From NCBI RefSeq assembly GCF_006345805.1, contig NC_043010.1, positions 47,802,001-47,866,000 on the forward strand: a DNA stretch of 64,000 nucleotides, read 5' to 3'. The notes beneath the pieces were generated by a model, which ran no database searches, was not told the origin of the DNA, and saw only the letters and a list, made by a program, of their open reading frames with translations. The stretch comes from Octopus sinensis. Taxonomy: Eukaryota. Made by a program: the position numbers and the translations under genes. Each line of letters opens with the position of its first letter. The first letter of the stretch is position 1. Positions 59,846 to 64,000 of this stretch are shown here, piece by piece.

Positions 59846-61364
59846 TATCAGCATCTGGTAAGACAGTTGATTCCCAACCACATGGTTCTGTTTTCAGTTC
59901 TATTGCATGGCACCTTGGGCAAGTGTCTTCTACTATGTCCTAGGGCCAACCAAATCTTGTGAGTGGATTTCATAGACAGAAAATGAAAGAAGCCGCGCGT
60001 GCGTGCGTGCGTGTGTGTGTAATCTGGCTTCTCAAATTGAAGGCTCTGACGTTACTTTTCCAAATTTTCTGACTTTTTTTATATATTACCTCATCACTAT
60101 TTTATCTTTTCTTTTTACCAGATAATCCCAACCATATATAAAGCAGGGCACCCATATTTCCTCTCTATAGGCACCTCTGCTAGTCTTTAGCATAAAGTTA
60201 CCTTTCCACCTCCTCAAATATCCCCCACTTAGTTGAGAGGGGACCCCTTTTCCTGCTTTTTTATATTGTTCTTCACTCTCTTGCACGTTACCTAGCAACC
60301 CCGCTAGTGCCAGAAGCATGAAAAAAAAAGACAACCAGTACAGTACACATTGGTGTTAGGAAGGATGTTCAGTCATAGAAAACATGCCAAAGCTGACTTG
60401 GAGCATGACGCAGCCTCACAGATTCATCAGATCCAGTCAAACTGTCTAATCCATGCCAGCATGGAAAACAGATGTTGAATGATGATGGTCTAGAGATAAT
60501 GCAGAGTGGTCATAGCTTTTTAAGCATTTTCTACATTGGGTGGTAATATGGAATGTGTTAGACAACAGCAGAATTTACAGCAAAGAAACTACTTGTCCCA
60601 CCAATACCTCATACACAAAGACACAGCAAGTGATAAACTACGAAATCTCAATACACTGTTAATGGTATGGCATTGTAGCTATGTAACACATGCAAGTAAT
60701 GATAAAGAAGCCTTGTTCCTAACAGCATGTGTAAGAACATGGGTCTGGGTTCAGTCCCACTGCATGGCACCTTCAGCAAATGTCTTCTTCTATAGCCCAG
60801 GGCTGACCAGAGAGTTCTCACCAGATTTGGTGGACTGAAAGTGAAAGAAGCCCATTGTGCGTGTGTGTATATTCAACATATTCCCTTCTCAGATACGGGG
60901 TTGCATTGTCTACACACGAAAGGAATACTGTATACAAATACCCCTACAAGGAGACTTCATATTCAATATTCAAATAACTTTGTACGGGTGTGCAGATTAT
61001 ACCAAACTAGCAAGTTGCCTCACTTTAAGTACCTAATTCAACTGAATCTTCATTATATGTGTGTGTGTGTGTGTGTATACCAGCAGAGATACCTGGCACT
61101 GCTTGGGGTTAAAATGGCATGGCTTTTAATTCTTTTAATTATTTCGGTCATGTGACTGCAGCCATGCTGGAGCACCACCTTTAGTCGAAGAAATCGATAG
61201 CAGGAAGTATTCTTTGTCACGCTAGTACTTACTCTATTGCTGTGTTTTGCCAACTGGTTAAGTTATGGGGACATAAACACAGTAACATCAGTTCTCAAGT
61301 GACAGTGGGTGTACAAACACACACAGATACATACAAACACATACATACATACATCTACATGAGC

Positions 61365-62012
61365 ACGCACAGATGGTTATGGGCAGACCCTTCAGAAGTT
61401 CTAAGTGTTATGCATACAAAATTTCCTACAACTGTCATGATTCTAGGGATTGTCAGCAATGAAGTTCATATGATGCCTCCTTACTCCTTTTCACAAGGCT
61501 TTAGAGTTAACTCAGTTGCCTACAATGAGGTCCTGGAAATAATTGTTATGCCCTGGATAGACAGTGTAAGCAATGGACGGTCATATGTATGTTTCAGTAA
61601 AACTATGCACTATCACACATGGCTCTAGTAATACAGGAATGGATAGCTGAAAATTTTCATGATCACATAACCCCTAACATTTGGCTTCCTAATTCCCCAG
61701 ATTTCAATCTATAGGGCTATTACATGTGGAGTGTTGTTGAGAGAGAGGTCAATGAACATGCCCATAAAACCAAAGATTCTTTGAAAGCTGCCATAGTCAT
61801 AGTAATGTTCAAAATGAACCAGGATCACTTGATTCAAGTAGATGATTTAGATCTCATATAGAAGCAGTTGTTGAAGCTGAAGGTGGCTTTATTGAATAAT
61901 ATGGAAAAGAAGGCTTATTTTTATCCTCATAGTATTTTTTGATAAATAAAGTTATCTGTTATTATATAGCTGTGTTTTTTTTATATATCTGTCCTCAAAT
62001 ATCTTACGCACC
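61365..62012 (+). mobile_element. maT/DD37D (Bmmar1-like) Tc1/mariner transposase 3' fragment
   Basis: VMHTKFPTTVMILGIVSNE..MPP..GFRVN..VLEIIVMPW..GRSYV / WLPNSPDFNL*GYYMWSVVE..SLKAAI..IEAVVEAEGGFIE*; right end cttacgcacctg. Confidence 0.82.
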
Positions 62013-62073
62013 TGTGTGTGTGTCTGTTTTTTTTTTTCTTCCCAATATTTAGCAGAAGTAACAAATTGACTCA

Positions 62074-62217
62074 AGGTCCTAGAGTTTCATGTGTTGGTGC
62101 TTATCAAACAGTTTCATAAGTGCCAGCGCACGAAAGTCTTGGGCTAGTTTGCTAAGTGCCAACACACGAAACTCTCAGAGCAGTTTGAGAAGTGTCAATG
62201 CACAAAATTCTCAGACC
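62074..62217. repeat. 36-bp repeat array: one inverted plus three direct degenerate units
   Basis: Direct units start at 62110, 62146 and 62182 (agttt..taagtgcca.cgcacgaaa.tct); 62074..62109 is the reverse complement of a unit. Confidence 0.85.
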
Positions 62218-62296
62218 TTGGATCACTCTGTTACTTCTAAATATTCATAAAAATATACATGTACTCATTTCTTGAGTTCTATTTTTCTTGTTTGCA

Positions 62297-62299
<3 letters not shown>

Positions 62300-62347
<48 letters not shown>
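62300..62347. repeat. (TA)n microsatellite abutting the mariner left end
   Basis: Directly visible; other (TA)n runs at about 47636-47670 and 54091-54132. Confidence 0.95.
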
Positions 62348-62348
<1 letters not shown>

Positions 62349-62350
<2 letters not shown>

Positions 62351-63192
62351 AGGTCATTAAAAATGTAATGTCCGATTTTCTTATGCACCAAGTTTGACAG
62401 TCATTAACTGTTTTATCCCGACAATTCTTTGTTTTACAACATTGAAGAGTTACATCACTTTTCGAAATGCAATTCATGGTGTCATCTTGAAACTTGCTTT
62501 TCTTTGCTCTCATGGCGTAAAAGCAAAGCATTTTTGTATTGTATTGTTACGTGTAATGAAAACTAGCAACAATAGCAAGGATTCTGCATGGTGGTTGGAT
62601 AGAGACGAAGTGCCAAAACACAATCCAAAAAAGAATATTCACCAATAAAAGCTAATGGTGTCTGTTTCGTGGTCCAGTGCTGGTGTCATCCACAACAGCT
62701 TCATGAAACCTGGTAAGTCAATTACAGCAGATATATACATCAACCAATTGGGTGATATAATGAGTAAACTTGCAATTAAACAACTGAGATTAGTCAAGAG
62801 ACAGGCCTACTCTCTTGCAAGACAATGCTTGACCACATGGTGCACAAAGAACGCTACTCAAGTTACAGGAGCTGAACTTGGAAGTACTTTGTCATCTACC
62901 AATTTCACCAGACTTTGCACCAACTGACTATCATGTTTTCCAAGCATTAGACAACTTTTTGCAAGGAAAAAAAAGTTCAAATCTGAAGAAGATGCAAAAA
63001 CAGCCTTTCCTGAGTTCATCACCTCTTGCTTGCCAGAATTCTTCGCTGCTGGCATAAATAGGCATAAATAAGCTACTGATAAAATGGCAAAATTGTGTTG
63101 ATAATTTCGGTGCATACTTTCATTAACTGCAATGCTTTTTGTTGAGATAAAGTAAAATAAGGTTTCAATTCAAAATCAGACATTTGACCTGA
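62349..63192 (+). mobile_element. Internally deleted mariner (cecropia subfamily, Hsmar1-like, DD34D)
   Basis: TIR remnants tcaggtca..atgtccgattt / aaatcagacatttgacctga flanked by TA runs. Translates WLDRDEVPKH..MVSVSWSSAGVIHNSFMKPG.SITAD.Y..Q, LLQDNA*PH, LPISPDFAPTDYHVFQALDNFLQGKK, AAGIN. Confidence 0.88.
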
Positions 63193-63414
63193 TATATATA
63201 TAATTACATAAATATATACATGCATGCGTTTGTGTCTCCTTGTCTCAACATTGTGTGATAGTTGTAAAATGACTGTCACTGTCATACAAACAGTGTCATT
63301 CATTTCCAATACAATGCAAGAGCATGTCTGGCCATAGTGAATACATTACTTTGCTTGGTAACAGGTGTGGGCTGGCAACAGGAAAGGCATCTGGCCATAG
63401 AAAATCTGCCTGAA

Positions 63415-63762
63415 TAGGCATACGAGTGGCTGTGGTTCTGTCCCACTGCATGACACCTTGGACAAGTGTCTTCTACTATAGCCTCCGGCCGACCAAAGTC
63501 TTGTGAGTGGATATGGTATACGGAAACTGAAAGAAGCCCGTCGTATACATGTATATGTTTGTGTGCCTGTATTTGTCCCCCCAACATCGTTTGACAACCA
63601 ATGCTGGTGTGTTTGCGTCCCTGTAACTTACCAGTTCGGCAAAAGAGACCACTAGAATAAGTACAAGGCTTACAAAGAATAAGTCCTGGTGTCGATTTGC
63701 TCGACTAAAGGCAGTGCTCCAGCATGGCCACAGTCAAATGACTGAAACGAGTAAAAGAGTAA
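63415..63762 (+). mobile_element. SINE family A nested inside a family C element (~63215..63812)
   Basis: The host sequence aaatctgcctgaa | taaactgtctgacccatgc rejoins across the insert. Confidence 0.8.
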
Positions 63763-64000
63763 ACTGTCTGACCCATGCAAAAGCATAGAAAAGTAGACAT
63801 TAAAATGATGACAAGCTTAAACTTTGAATTAATCAATGAAAACAACTAGGGTGAACACAGTTTGAAAAAATTCAATCACTTCATTAGCTAATGTAGTTGA
63901 TAATGAAAATACCAAAATAGCATCCATTCACAACTTGATTTAAAACAATCTTTTTGCAATTTTTATCTTTACAGAAGATGAATTTATTAAAGAAATGCAT

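Noticed and set aside
60086-60334. 82-aa ORF ending at a phase-2 donor-like site
   Set aside because: Its end lies in the 120-bp duplicated unit and the peptide has no recognisable motif.
62074-62217. CRISPR array (36-bp periodicity)
   Set aside because: The units abut with no unique spacers, there are no cas genes and the context is eukaryotic.

Overview
AT-rich, repeat-dense eukaryotic DNA, most likely an Octopus species (inferred from the SINE and MITE families and the microsatellite style). I found no prokaryotic features. One spliced protein-coding gene is well supported, on the minus strand. Nine coding exons (31140 down to 9701) join in frame through GT-AG sites into 259 aa: the end of a DEK-C helix, a long acidic tract, a basic linker with a DEELAKKLQEEE motif and a C-terminal SWIB/MDM2 domain. 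This is a Uaf30/Spp27-like (upstream activation factor) protein. A probable intron starts 5 nt after the stop codon and is followed by a ~1.6 kb non-coding last exon. I could not find the 5' DEK-C exon(s) in the 33 kb upstream. The remainder is transposon debris: three SINE families; CR1, RTE and R4/Dong LINE pieces; piggyBac, hAT (SPIN-like), Hsmar1-like mariner and maT remnants; and many MITEs. There is also a tRNA-Ser(GCT) pseudogene, several strong hairpins or palindromes and a 36-bp repeat array. I found no clearly new biological system. The best leads are this poorly characterised metazoan Uaf30-like gene, the dsRNA-forming structures and a SINE array that appears to record repeated insertion at one site. 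All alignments were done by eye; repeat boundaries are approximate (about +/-10-30 nt), while exon boundaries were indexed base by base.
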